34,067 bases of DNA. Origin: an uncultured Flavobacteriales bacterium. GTDB taxonomy: Bacteria; Bacteroidota; Bacteroidia; AKYH767-A; 2013-40CM-41-45. Of the stretch, positions 1 through 8,216 are shown piece after piece (within the stretch, counting starts at the first letter, position 1; each line of letters starts with the position of its first letter). The notes beneath the pieces were generated by a model that was given only the letters and a program-made list of their open reading frames with translations, had not been told where the DNA came from and ran no database searches. The position numbers were made by a program, and so were the translations under genes. Location of the stretch: assembly GCA_964391495.1 (NCBI GenBank), contig CAYMMN010000001.1, positions 1 to 34,067 on the forward strand, written 5' to 3'.

Positions 1-1
1 T

Positions 2-790
2 TTTGGATTCAAAAATATATATGAATACGAAAGCAATAAATATTTTCCTGCGTTCAGTCGAACAAAAAATAAGTCTAACAATGTGATGCGAGACTTCTGG
101 GTAAAGTCTGCGTACTTACATTTTGAGAAAATCAATAATCCAAACAAATTCGATCGCGATGAGTTAGTTGATTTAATGCCAAAAATTAGACCGCATACTC
201 GAAACGAAGAAAATGGATTATTAACTGTTGTACGCGCTTTATATAAAGTTGGAGTAACAGTTATTTATCAACCCAGCCTGCCAACAGTTCAGGTACGTGG
301 GGCTACCTTTATTATTAACGGCGAACCAGGTATTGTACTATCAGATGTTTACAAAAACTATCCTACTCTATGGTTTGCTTTAATTCATGAATTATACCAT
401 GTATTATATGATTATGATGAGTTAAGTAAGCAGACCTATCATATAACTGGAGAACCTGATATTTTGCTCACTGAAAACGATGCGAATGCATTTGCAAGGG
501 AATATTTATTCTCAAAAGAGAATATGCAATACATTATTCCATTTATTAATGACGATTTCCTTGTAAGGGATTACGCACATGATCAACAATTACATCCAAG
601 TATTATTTATTCTTGTTATAAATGGGATCAGGAACAGCAAGGAAATAAAGGTGCGTGGGCGAAAAGAAAGACGCAAGAAATTCCGAAGGCGGCCATCGCA
701 GTTAAAAGTATTAATACCAATCTATGGATCGGTGAAAGCATTGAAGAGAGTGTGAAGAAGATCAAAGAAACAGTTTTCCAAAATTTATAA
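2..790 (+). CDS. ImmA/IrrE-family (COG2856-like) zinc metallopeptidase domain protein, probably 5'-truncated by the window edge
   Basis: HExxH motif HELYH at nt 386-400. About 35 aa downstream is ENDANAFAREYL, matching the E..AN.FA motif typical of ImmA/IrrE. The frame is open from nt 2 up to the GTG/ATG at 83/86, so an N-terminal (possibly HTH) part may lie upstream of the window. Confidence 0.7.
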   Translation, partial: FGFKNIYEYESNKYFPAFSRTKNKSNNVMRDFWVKSAYLHFEKINNPNKFDRDELVDLMPKIRPHTRNEENGLLTVVRALYKVGVTVIYQPSLPTVQVRGATFIINGEPGIVLSDVYKNYPTLWFALIHELYHVLYDYDELSKQTYHITGEPDILLTENDANAFAREYLFSKENMQYIIPFINDDFLVRDYAHDQQLHPSIIYSCYKWDQEQQGNKGAWAKRKTQEIPKAAIAVKSINTNLWIGESIEESVKKIKETVFQNL

Positions 791-793
791 ATC

Positions 794-1288
794 ATGAAAA
801 AAACAACTAAAGAGCAAGAAGCAAAAAAACTTAAGAAGAAAGCGGAGCAAGAGAAAGAACAAAGAGAAATACTCGCAAAGATTGGACAGGGCGGTGGTAA
901 GCAAATTGAAATCTCCCCGGAAGGTATTCGATCAACAAAAGAGTTGAAGGTTTTTGCGACAGGATCGGTAGATAACCCATTAAGGAAATATGACCTTTAC
1001 TACAAGGGGTTAACCAAATTATTGAAACAAAATTTACCAGCTGGGCCTAAAAACAAAAAGGCAAGGGAATTTATTTACGAAGAGAAAAACACATTTATAA
1101 CAAGAGGCTACAGAAAAAATGCACAAGGAATCAGAGGCATGGATGGTCGCATGGCATATATAACTGAATTGAAGGCAGCTCTCGATATAGTAGCAAATTG
1201 GGTGTTTCGTAATGGAACACCTCTCGAATTATTTGACGAGTTCAGAAAACGAAATATTGAAAAGGGTTACGGAGAGCCGAGATCTTAA
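794..1288 (+). CDS. hypothetical protein with a lysine/glutamate-rich N-terminus, coupled to the ImmA-like gene
   Basis: 164-aa ORF starting 4 nt after the upstream stop. The N-terminal 30 aa are K/E-rich (KKLKKKAEQEKEQRE). No motif recognised. Confidence 0.5.
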   Translation: MKKTTKEQEAKKLKKKAEQEKEQREILAKIGQGGGKQIEISPEGIRSTKELKVFATGSVDNPLRKYDLYYKGLTKLLKQNLPAGPKNKKAREFIYEEKNTFITRGYRKNAQGIRGMDGRMAYITELKAALDIVANWVFRNGTPLELFDEFRKRNIEKGYGEPRS

Positions 1289-1647
1289 ACTATCTTGCAT
1301 TTCTTTTCCGCTGCCTAATTAATGATTTCTTTGCGATGGGTGGAGGTTTATTTTTCCTCCCTTGCCCTCCTACTCATCCTACTACTGAATTATTCTAATT
1401 CCACGGCTGCCAGATTATTATCCTTTATTTAAACTCATCTCCTTTTCTTAGTATAATGGAAAATAGGAGATAAATTTCACAAGGTGGTTTGTATCTTTCG
1501 GACGTCTTTGATACTTAGTAAAACAGTAAATGTGTAAATGAATGACCAAACATCAAAATAAGAATTATTCAAACTGCCCCTTATCAAATAAATTGAAACA
1601 AGCTTAAACTTCTTTTCAAATCTTATATTCGCTTCCCGATTTATCCT

Positions 1648-2967
1648 ATGAATCAATCCGATATTGAAGAAATAAAAGAAAGCATCCGGGAACTTACTCT
1701 CATCCGAAAAGTAATTGCCTGGGGCATTGTATGTATTTTTCTTGTGTATGGTATTTATCTCCTGGTGGATCATTATGGAATGGGAGCCCATGTGATGGAC
1801 TGGGTCCACCTTATTTTCCGATGGGCTCATGTGATTCTGGGAATATCGTGGATTGGAGCTTCTTTCTATTTTATTTTTCTGGAGAACAGTTTAAACAGAA
1901 CGGAAAATCTTCGAGATGAACTGGCTGGTAATTTATGGGCAATTCATGGCGGCGGTTTTTACTATGTGGAAAAATACAAGATTGCACCCGGAGAGCTGCC
2001 AAAGAAATTGCATTGGTTCAAATACGAAGCTTACTTTACCTGGCTCACCGGAATCATTCTGCTTACACTGGTCTATTATTTTAATGCTAAAACATTCATG
2101 ATAGATCCGGATGTGGCAAAAATTTCACCTGCCGCATCAATTCTGATTGGAATAGGTACACTGATTTTCGGCTGGCTTGTGTATGATTTTCTATGTCGTA
2201 CTCCATTGATCCAGCAGAAGAAAACATTCGCTGTTGTTGGTTTTTTTATCATCACACTTATCTCCTTTTTTCTCAGTCATTTTCTGAGCGGACGTGCAGC
2301 CTTTATCCATGTGGGTGCTCTCATCGGAACAATCATGGCGGGCAATGTATTTTTTGTGATCATCCCTGCTCAAAAGGCCATGGTCAAAGCCGCTAAACAT
2401 GGCAAACCTCTGGATCCGAATCTTGGAAAATACGCCGGTCTTCGTTCACTGCACAACAATTACATGACATTGCCGGTCATCTTTGTGATGATCAGCAATC
2501 ACTTCCCGACAACCTTTGGCAATGCTTTCAACTGGGCGGTGCTTGCAGGCCTCACGCTCGCAAGTGTTGCCGTTCGACACTATATCAATTTGCATGAAAA
2601 AGGTCAGCACACTGCATGGATGATTCCATTCGCCGTGATCGCGTTGATTGCCCTCGTTATAGTAACAGCACCTACACCCTCTTCGAGAAAATCTTCAGCG
2701 CCTGTTGCCTTCAGTCAGGTTCAGCCTATTTTTAAGGCGCGATGTCAGAATTGTCATTCCGCTAATCCTACTGACGACGTTCAAAAAGTCGCTCCCGGAG
2801 GCGTGATGTTTGATACTCCCGAGCAAATTCAGAAGATGTCGGCAAGGATTCTTGTTCGGGCAGTACAAACGAAAACAATGCCTCAGGCCAATAAAACAGG
2901 TATCACTGAAGAAGAACGTGAACTCATCGGACTTTGGATTGACCAGGGTGCGAAAATTGAAAACTGA
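1648..2967 (+). CDS. puuD: PuuD-type integral-membrane urate hydroxylase (cytochrome c urate oxidase)
   Basis: Multi-pass membrane protein (WAHVILGISWIGASFYFIFLEN, WAIHGGGFYYVEKY). A C-terminal soluble domain carries the haem c motif CQNCH at nt 2743-2757. It is the first gene of a uricolytic operon that has no soluble uricase. Confidence 0.8.
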   Translation: MNQSDIEEIKESIRELTLIRKVIAWGIVCIFLVYGIYLLVDHYGMGAHVMDWVHLIFRWAHVILGISWIGASFYFIFLENSLNRTENLRDELAGNLWAIHGGGFYYVEKYKIAPGELPKKLHWFKYEAYFTWLTGIILLTLVYYFNAKTFMIDPDVAKISPAASILIGIGTLIFGWLVYDFLCRTPLIQQKKTFAVVGFFIITLISFFLSHFLSGRAAFIHVGALIGTIMAGNVFFVIIPAQKAMVKAAKHGKPLDPNLGKYAGLRSLHNNYMTLPVIFVMISNHFPTTFGNAFNWAVLAGLTLASVAVRHYINLHEKGQHTAWMIPFAVIALIALVIVTAPTPSSRKSSAPVAFSQVQPIFKARCQNCHSANPTDDVQKVAPGGVMFDTPEQIQKMSARILVRAVQTKTMPQANKTGITEEERELIGLWIDQGAKIEN

Positions 2968-3042
2968 TTATTCCGCTTATAACCTTATCTTGTGAACGGA
3001 CCGGGTGTTTTCCCGGTTGTATTCAGAATTTTATTTAATAAA

Positions 3043-4398
3043 ATGTCGATCCCTGATCTTGCCATACACAGTAAACGAGTTCTTCTGGATGGAGAGTTGA
3101 AAGATGCAACAATCTATATCCACGAAGGAAAAATTTTAGAGATCAAAGATGGAAAAGGTGATCTCAAATCCGCGAAAGTTTTTGACGATGTAAAAGATTC
3201 GGTTGTCATGCCCGGACTGATTGATTGTCATGTTCACATCAATGAACCGGGGCGCACCGACTGGGAAGGATTCGAAACCGCAACACGAGCAGCTGCTTCG
3301 GGTGGAATTACGACTCTGGTAGACATGCCATTGAATTCTACTCCGGTTACTACAACAGTAAAAAATCTCAAAGAAAAATTAGCAGCCACAGAAGGAAAAC
3401 TGTTTGTGGATTGTGGCTTCTGGGGAGGGATTGTTTCAGGAGATGTATCCGAAATTGAACCTCTGATAAAAGTAGGAGTCCTCGGCTTTAAAGCATTTCT
3501 GACACACTCGGGAATTGATGATTTTCCCAATGCAAGTTTGAAGGACCTTGAAAAAGCGGCACCGATTCTTAAAAAATACAATTTGCCCTTGCTTGCGCAT
3601 GCAGAACTGGATTCAAAACACAAAGGACAAAAAGCTTTTGAAGACGATCCGGAATCTTACCAGGCATTTTTAGGATCAAGACCGCGCTCCTGGGAAAATG
3701 AAGCGATTAAAGAATTGATTGCATTGTGTAAGAAGACCGGCGCACGAGTACACATTGTGCATTTGTCATCTTCAGATTCTATTGCTCAGATTCATGATGC
3801 ACGGTCAAACAATTTGCCTCTTACTGTAGAAACTTGTCCGCACTATCTTTTCTTTGACGCCGAAACCATCCCGGATGGAGACACTCGTTACAAATGCACA
3901 CCTCCGATCCGTGAAAAAGAAAATAATGAAAAACTCTGGCAGGCACTGAAAGACGGTACACTGGATTTCATTGTATCGGATCACTCTCCTGCTCCTCCGG
4001 AAATTAAGGAGATTGAAAGCGGAAACCTGAAAGAAGCATGGGGCGGTATTTCATCTTTACAATTTACTCTTGCTATTATCTGGACCGTTGCTTTGCGTGA
4101 TAAAACAGGCATCGCGGAAATTTCCAGACTCATGAGCAGAAATGTGGCTGATTTTCTCGGTCTTAAAAACAAAGGTCGTCTTGAACCCGGCGCAGACGCG
4201 GATATTGTCGTCTGGAGCCCTGAGAAAAAACTTAAAGTGTCCCGCAGCAACATACGATTCCGTCATCCGATCACTCCGTATGAAGGACAAATGCTGAGCG
4301 GGTTGGTTGAATTAACTTATGTCCGTGGCAACAAGGTTTATGATAAAGGATCCTTAGTATCTTCGCCAACAGGACAAGTGATTTTAAATACGCTATGA
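3043..4398 (+). CDS. allB: allantoinase
   Basis: Amidohydrolase signature DCHVHINEPGRTDWEGFETATRAAASGGITTLVDMPLNS, plus later HAE.. and SDHSP motifs. ATG at 3043 is preferred over the GTG at 2992, whose 17 extra residues are not conserved-looking. Confidence 0.92.
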   Translation: MSIPDLAIHSKRVLLDGELKDATIYIHEGKILEIKDGKGDLKSAKVFDDVKDSVVMPGLIDCHVHINEPGRTDWEGFETATRAAASGGITTLVDMPLNSTPVTTTVKNLKEKLAATEGKLFVDCGFWGGIVSGDVSEIEPLIKVGVLGFKAFLTHSGIDDFPNASLKDLEKAAPILKKYNLPLLAHAELDSKHKGQKAFEDDPESYQAFLGSRPRSWENEAIKELIALCKKTGARVHIVHLSSSDSIAQIHDARSNNLPLTVETCPHYLFFDAETIPDGDTRYKCTPPIREKENNEKLWQALKDGTLDFIVSDHSPAPPEIKEIESGNLKEAWGGISSLQFTLAIIWTVALRDKTGIAEISRLMSRNVADFLGLKNKGRLEPGADADIVVWSPEKKLKVSRSNIRFRHPITPYEGQMLSGLVELTYVRGNKVYDKGSLVSSPTGQVILNTL

Positions 4399-5405
4399 TA
4401 AAAGAAGTTTCTGAAGCTCCTGCATTTACACAGCTATTGAATCTGGCTGCGGATAAGCTGGGAGCAAAAGCCATTGCCTGCACGGATGATTTTTTTGCTG
4501 AAAAAGAAAATCTCGTTAAACCCGGTCGTGGAATTTTCATTGCCGATAAATATACTGATCGCGGCAAGTGGATGGATGGATGGGAATCGCGCAGAAAGCG
4601 TGTTCCCGGACATGACTGGTGCATTGTGCAACTTGGAGTTCCGGGTGTATTGCATGGTTTCGATATCGACACCAATTTTTTCCTGGGGAATCATCCACCT
4701 TTTGCTTCAATAGAAGCTTGTTTATTGACAGACGGAAAAAATCCTGAGGATGCAGGAGTAGAATGGAAAGAAATTCTTCCGAAATCACCATTGAATCCCG
4801 GAAGTCAGAATTTTTATGCCTGCACAGACAGAAATTTATATTCTCATATCAAATTACACATCTATCCGGATGGTGGTGTTGCACGATTGAAAGTCTATGG
4901 AGAAGTTCAGAAAGACTGGACAAAAGTAAAAAAAGACGATGTGATTGACCTTGCCTCTGCTTTAAATGGAGCAAAGGCAATCCTTTGCAACGATATGTTT
5001 TTCTCCCACATGGATAATTTAATCATGCCGGGAAGAGGTGTGAATATGGGCGATGGATGGGAAACAAAAAGAAACCGCACACCGAATAACTGCGATTGGG
5101 TAATTGTACGTCTGGCTCATCCGGGAAAAATAAAAAGTCTGCTCGTGGATACTTGTCATTTTAAAGGCAATTATCCTGACACCTGCTCAATTGAAGCCTG
5201 TTCGATATCTAATGAAGAAGAAAAAAATATTTTTTCAGATAAAATTTCCTGGAAAGAAATTCTTCCAAAACAAAAATTACAAGCGGATCATGAGCATGCT
5301 TATGAAAAGGAAATTCTTCCACATGATTCCATTACCCATATCCGTTTGAATATATTTCCGGATGGCGGCATTAGCAGACTGAGGTGTTTTGGAAAAATTA
5401 TTTGA
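4395..5405 (+). CDS. alc: allantoicase (two allantoicase repeats)
   Basis: The module is duplicated. First copy: DDFFAEKENLVKPGRG...GKWMDGWESRRKR..GHDWCIVQLG...DTNFFLGNHPP..SIEAC. Second copy: NDMFFSHMDNLIMPGRG...GDGWETKRNR...DWVIVRL...DTCHFKGNYPD..SIEAC. The start overlaps the allB stop by 4 nt. Confidence 0.92.
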   Translation: MIKEVSEAPAFTQLLNLAADKLGAKAIACTDDFFAEKENLVKPGRGIFIADKYTDRGKWMDGWESRRKRVPGHDWCIVQLGVPGVLHGFDIDTNFFLGNHPPFASIEACLLTDGKNPEDAGVEWKEILPKSPLNPGSQNFYACTDRNLYSHIKLHIYPDGGVARLKVYGEVQKDWTKVKKDDVIDLASALNGAKAILCNDMFFSHMDNLIMPGRGVNMGDGWETKRNRTPNNCDWVIVRLAHPGKIKSLLVDTCHFKGNYPDTCSIEACSISNEEEKNIFSDKISWKEILPKQKLQADHEHAYEKEILPHDSITHIRLNIFPDGGISRLRCFGKII

Positions 5406-5413
5406 TTATTGAA

Positions 5414-5917
5414 ATGACGCTCACTGAACTCAATCAACTCGGACCTGCGCAACTCCGCGAAGAATTCATGAAATGTTGTGGATGTACTTCATGGGCTGAG
5501 AAGATGGTTGCATCCGCACCATTTCAAAATCGCGAGGAGGTATTTGAAAAATCCGATCTCTTCTGGAATGAGACCAAGGCTGAAGATTGGCTGGAAGCAT
5601 TTTTACATCACCCAAAAATCGGGGATCTGAAGAGTTTAGAAAAAAAATTCGCCTCGACGAGCAAACTTGCAGGCAGCGAACAGGCTTCTGTGCATTCCGC
5701 TTCACAAAAAACACTTGAAGATCTGGCTGCCGGGAATGATGCTTATGAAACTAAATTTGGATTTATTTTCATCGTTTGTGCAACAGGTAAAAGTGCGGGA
5801 GAGATGTTGGAATTACTGAACAGCCGAATCCACAACAACAAAGAGGCTGAGTTGAGAATTGCTGCAGCCGAACAAAACAAAATAACACGTTTACGTTTAG
5901 AAAAATTATTGTCATGA
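5414..5917 (+). CDS. uraD: 2-oxo-4-hydroxy-4-carboxy-5-ureidoimidazoline (OHCU) decarboxylase
   Basis: Motifs CCGCTSWAEKM..APF, DWLEAFLHHPKIGD and FIFIVCATGKSAGEML, typical of OHCU decarboxylase. ATG at 5414 is preferred over 5384, which would overlap alc by 22 nt. Confidence 0.88.
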   Translation: MTLTELNQLGPAQLREEFMKCCGCTSWAEKMVASAPFQNREEVFEKSDLFWNETKAEDWLEAFLHHPKIGDLKSLEKKFASTSKLAGSEQASVHSASQKTLEDLAAGNDAYETKFGFIFIVCATGKSAGEMLELLNSRIHNNKEAELRIAAAEQNKITRLRLEKLLS

Positions 5918-6255
5918 GTCAGATCACTACACATATTCTGGATACTGCTAAAGGTGTTCCCGCACAAGGCGTTCATCTGGTCCTGGAAGCATTTTCATCA
6001 GACAACACATGGATTCAATTGGCTGAAGGAATCACAAATGCTGACGGACGTGTCAGTGATTTACTCAAAACAGATGTGCTTCTTTCTCCGGGAATTTATC
6101 GGATGACTTTTGAAACATCAGCGTATTTTACACAACAGGGACTGAAGAGCTTTTATCCGTATGTCCAAATTACTTTTGAAGTCAGTGACCCTCGGCATTA
6201 CCACATTCCTCTGCTCTTAAGTCCATACGGTTTCACCACTTATCGCGGCAGCTGA
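5914..6255 (+). CDS. uraH: 5-hydroxyisourate hydrolase (transthyretin-like)
   Basis: 113 aa with N-terminal ITTHILDTAKGVPAQGV and the diagnostic C-terminal tetrapeptide YRGS. 4-nt overlap with uraD. Confidence 0.92.
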   Translation: MSQITTHILDTAKGVPAQGVHLVLEAFSSDNTWIQLAEGITNADGRVSDLLKTDVLLSPGIYRMTFETSAYFTQQGLKSFYPYVQITFEVSDPRHYHIPLLLSPYGFTTYRGS

Positions 6256-6409
6256 GCGCTCAAAACACATCGTATTCCTGTCGAATTCAGACTACAGTAT
6301 CTTGGAATGCTGTATCTATCTGAATAACAGCCGCTTTAAGCTATCTTAGAAGCTGTATTTTCTTCCAAGGCTCCGAAACAATGCCTTTTTTTGAACGTAT
6401 TGCAGGGAT

Positions 6410-7903
6410 ATGAATCGTCCTCTGGAGGAAATCCTTCGCAATATTCTGGTAGCAAGGGATCAACCGGCTTTTTGTGTTGCAGGAACACATTACACGTATG
6501 CTGAATTCGGAGCATGCGTCGCGAACATTCAACACCAGATTCAAAGCAAAGGTCTTGAAGGAAATTGCAACATCGGTATTTTGACATACGATGATTTGCA
6601 AACATATGCATCCGTGTTTGCAATCTTATTCAGCGGCCATGCTTTCGTACCGATCAATCCTTTGCATCCAAAGACAAGGAATGAATCCATCATCGAACAG
6701 GCAGAAATAAGTGTATTGCTGAGTAGCAAGCTGGAAGAAGAAGCGATGTCTTTTTCATCCACTTCAACCATGGTACTGAAAACAAATTTGCCTCAGGATA
6801 TAAGCTCTGTTCCTTCTTTTATCGAACCGGAGCCTGAACGGCTCGCTTATATATTGTTCACCTCCGGCAGCACCGGTGTTCCAAAAGGTGTTCCTCTGAC
6901 GTTTCAAAATCTGGAATCATTTCTGAGAGCATTTTTTGCCCTCGGTTTTGAAATCGATAGTTCCGACAGATTCATTCAAATGTTTGACATGACATTTGAT
7001 TTATCCATCATGAGCTATATGGCTCCTTTGTGTATTGGAGCTTGTGTGTACACCGTTCCCTTTGATGGAATAAAATACATGCAGGTTTATCGTTTGCTTG
7101 AAGAGCACCATATCACATTTGCTTTGTTGGTTCCATCAATCATCACACATCTGAGGCCATATTTTGAAGAAATATTTTTAGAGAAAATGAAGTACTCGCT
7201 TTTCTGCGGTGAGGCTTTGTATGAAGATGTTACGTTGGAATGGGCAAAGTGCATTCCGCATGCGCAGTTGCTAAATGTCTACGGGCCAACAGAGGCTACA
7301 ATCTTCTGTACTACTTATCCGATCCACCGAAAAGGAGGAAATAAATGTCTCAATGGAATATTGTGCATCGGTCAGGCTATGAATTCCATGGAAGCGACTA
7401 TCTTCTCAGAAGATGGAAAGCCGGCAGTAGCTATGGAAAAAGGTGAGCTCTGTTTACATGGAGCACAGGTCACTCCGGGATATTGGAAAAACGAGACGAA
7501 AAACAAAGAAGCTTTTTTCAACTACAACAACAAACGCTATTACAGAACCGGAGATTTGTGTTTTGCGGATGCAGAAGGAGACATTAGCTACAGTGGAAGA
7601 ATAGATTTCCAGGTAAAGATCCAGGGCTTTCGTGTTGAATTGGGAGAAATTGAAATGCAGGCCCGTGAATTTTTGAAAACACATAATGTCGTAGCCATTG
7701 CAAAGCAAAATGAAGAAACTGTCTGGCAAATTTATCTGTTCATAGAAAACTTCACTGAATCCACAGCCATGCTGATGAAACATCTGAAAGAATCAATTCC
7801 TTCATATATGCTTCCGGCAAAAATTATCGGTACCGGTTTGTTCCCGTTGAATTCAAATGGAAAAACAGACCGAAAAGCATTGATGGCACAGGCAGGATTA
7901 TAA
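6410..7903 (+). CDS. DltA-like amino-acid adenylation enzyme (ANL superfamily, stand-alone A domain)
   Basis: Core motifs LAYILFTSGSTGVPKGV, MTFDLSIMSYMAP (FDxS with the Asp that binds a substrate alpha-amino group), NVYGPTE, YRTGDL and NGKTDRKAL. About 500 aa with no condensation or thioesterase domain. Confidence 0.85.
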   Translation: MNRPLEEILRNILVARDQPAFCVAGTHYTYAEFGACVANIQHQIQSKGLEGNCNIGILTYDDLQTYASVFAILFSGHAFVPINPLHPKTRNESIIEQAEISVLLSSKLEEEAMSFSSTSTMVLKTNLPQDISSVPSFIEPEPERLAYILFTSGSTGVPKGVPLTFQNLESFLRAFFALGFEIDSSDRFIQMFDMTFDLSIMSYMAPLCIGACVYTVPFDGIKYMQVYRLLEEHHITFALLVPSIITHLRPYFEEIFLEKMKYSLFCGEALYEDVTLEWAKCIPHAQLLNVYGPTEATIFCTTYPIHRKGGNKCLNGILCIGQAMNSMEATIFSEDGKPAVAMEKGELCLHGAQVTPGYWKNETKNKEAFFNYNNKRYYRTGDLCFADAEGDISYSGRIDFQVKIQGFRVELGEIEMQAREFLKTHNVVAIAKQNEETVWQIYLFIENFTESTAMLMKHLKESIPSYMLPAKIIGTGLFPLNSNGKTDRKALMAQAGL

Positions 7904-7919
7904 TCGGTAAACAAAAAAT

Positions 7920-7940
7920 GCTCACACGAATTGTGAGCGT
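7920..7940 (+). other. 7-bp stem / 5-nt loop hairpin in the adenylase-carrier protein spacer
   Basis: GCTCACA-cgaat-TGTGAGC, a perfect inverted repeat. It is not followed by a T-tract, so it is more likely an mRNA processing or stability element than a terminator. Confidence 0.4.
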
Positions 7941-7958
7941 TAATTGAGAGAGAACAAA

Positions 7959-8207
7959 ATGGAAAAACACGAAATATTAAATCAGCTTACAGGAATTTTC
8001 AAAAGAATCTTTGAAAACGAAACTGTCATCCTACAGATGGATACTACTGCGAACGATGTGGACGGTTGGGATTCATTAACACATACTTCCATGATTGTTG
8101 AAGTTGAAAAGCATTTCATGGTGAAGTTCAAATTAAAAGAAGTACTCGGATTTAAAAATGTTGGTGATATGGTAAACATGATCCATTCCAAACTCGCCGC
8201 CGCCTAA
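7959..8207 (+). CDS. acyl/peptidyl carrier protein (DltC-like)
   Basis: 82 aa with DGWDSLTHTSMIV, a DSL phosphopantetheine-attachment serine in a four-helix-sized protein. Lies immediately after the adenylation gene. ATG at 7959 is preferred over the TTG at 7944. Confidence 0.85.
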   Translation: MEKHEILNQLTGIFKRIFENETVILQMDTTANDVDGWDSLTHTSMIVEVEKHFMVKFKLKEVLGFKNVGDMVNMIHSKLAAA

Positions 8208-8216
8208 AGGAAATTG

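Noticed and set aside
1447-1518. Possible purine riboswitch upstream of the purine-catabolic operon: CTTAG-TATAAT...ATACTTAG could form a P1 stem with the UAUAAU junction
   Set aside because: The conserved purine-riboswitch cores are absent (the loop-loop GAUAUGG, the UCUACC junction, CCGUAAAU and the ligand-specifying ...GACUA segment). The P2/P3 helices cannot be drawn convincingly. It also lies 130 nt or more from the start codon without an expression platform.
1477-1830. 117-aa ORF on the minus strand spanning the puuD upstream region and start
   Set aside because: It overlaps the well-supported puuD start. It has a low-complexity, AT-driven composition and no recognisable motif or sensible upstream signal. 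Most likely a chance ORF in AT-rich DNA.
2992-3042. N-terminal extensions implied by the longest-ORF starts: 2992 GTG, 5384, 7944 TTG, 8214 TTG, 11461 TTG, 14760, 20036, 20901, 23173 TTG, 25104, 30172
   Set aside because: In each case an internal ATG gives a product that begins at the conserved domain or at a proper signal peptide or lipobox. It also removes long overlaps with the upstream gene. The extensions encode non-conserved-looking residues. The start choices remain predictions.
3234-4675. Several antisense or alternative-frame ORFs inside allB and alc (3234-3623, 3981-4253, 4057-4290, 4271-4675, 4434-4694, 4537-4791). Similar nested ORFs occur elsewhere (for example 12118-12576, 15614-15958, 17773-18180, 26250-26639, 33393-33707).
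   Set aside because: Each lies entirely within a gene whose product has strong family-specific motifs on the other frame or strand. Their translations are low-complexity (Ser/Arg/Cys-rich) with no motifs. Treated as shadow ORFs.
6253-6262. Perfect 10-bp palindromes TGAGCGCTCA (6253-6262, overlapping the uraH stop) and TCGAATTCGA (23062-23071)
   Set aside because: They have no loop and so cannot form hairpins. Each is isolated and short enough to arise by chance in 34 kb. They could be restriction-modification target-like sites, but nothing in the window supports this.
7925-7945. lac-operator-like sequence: GAATTGTGAGCG matches the lacO1 left half
   Set aside because: The half-sites are everted (GCTCACA...TGTGAGC) relative to a LacI-type operator. 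No LacI-family regulator is nearby, and the site is intercistronic. An RNA hairpin is the simpler reading.
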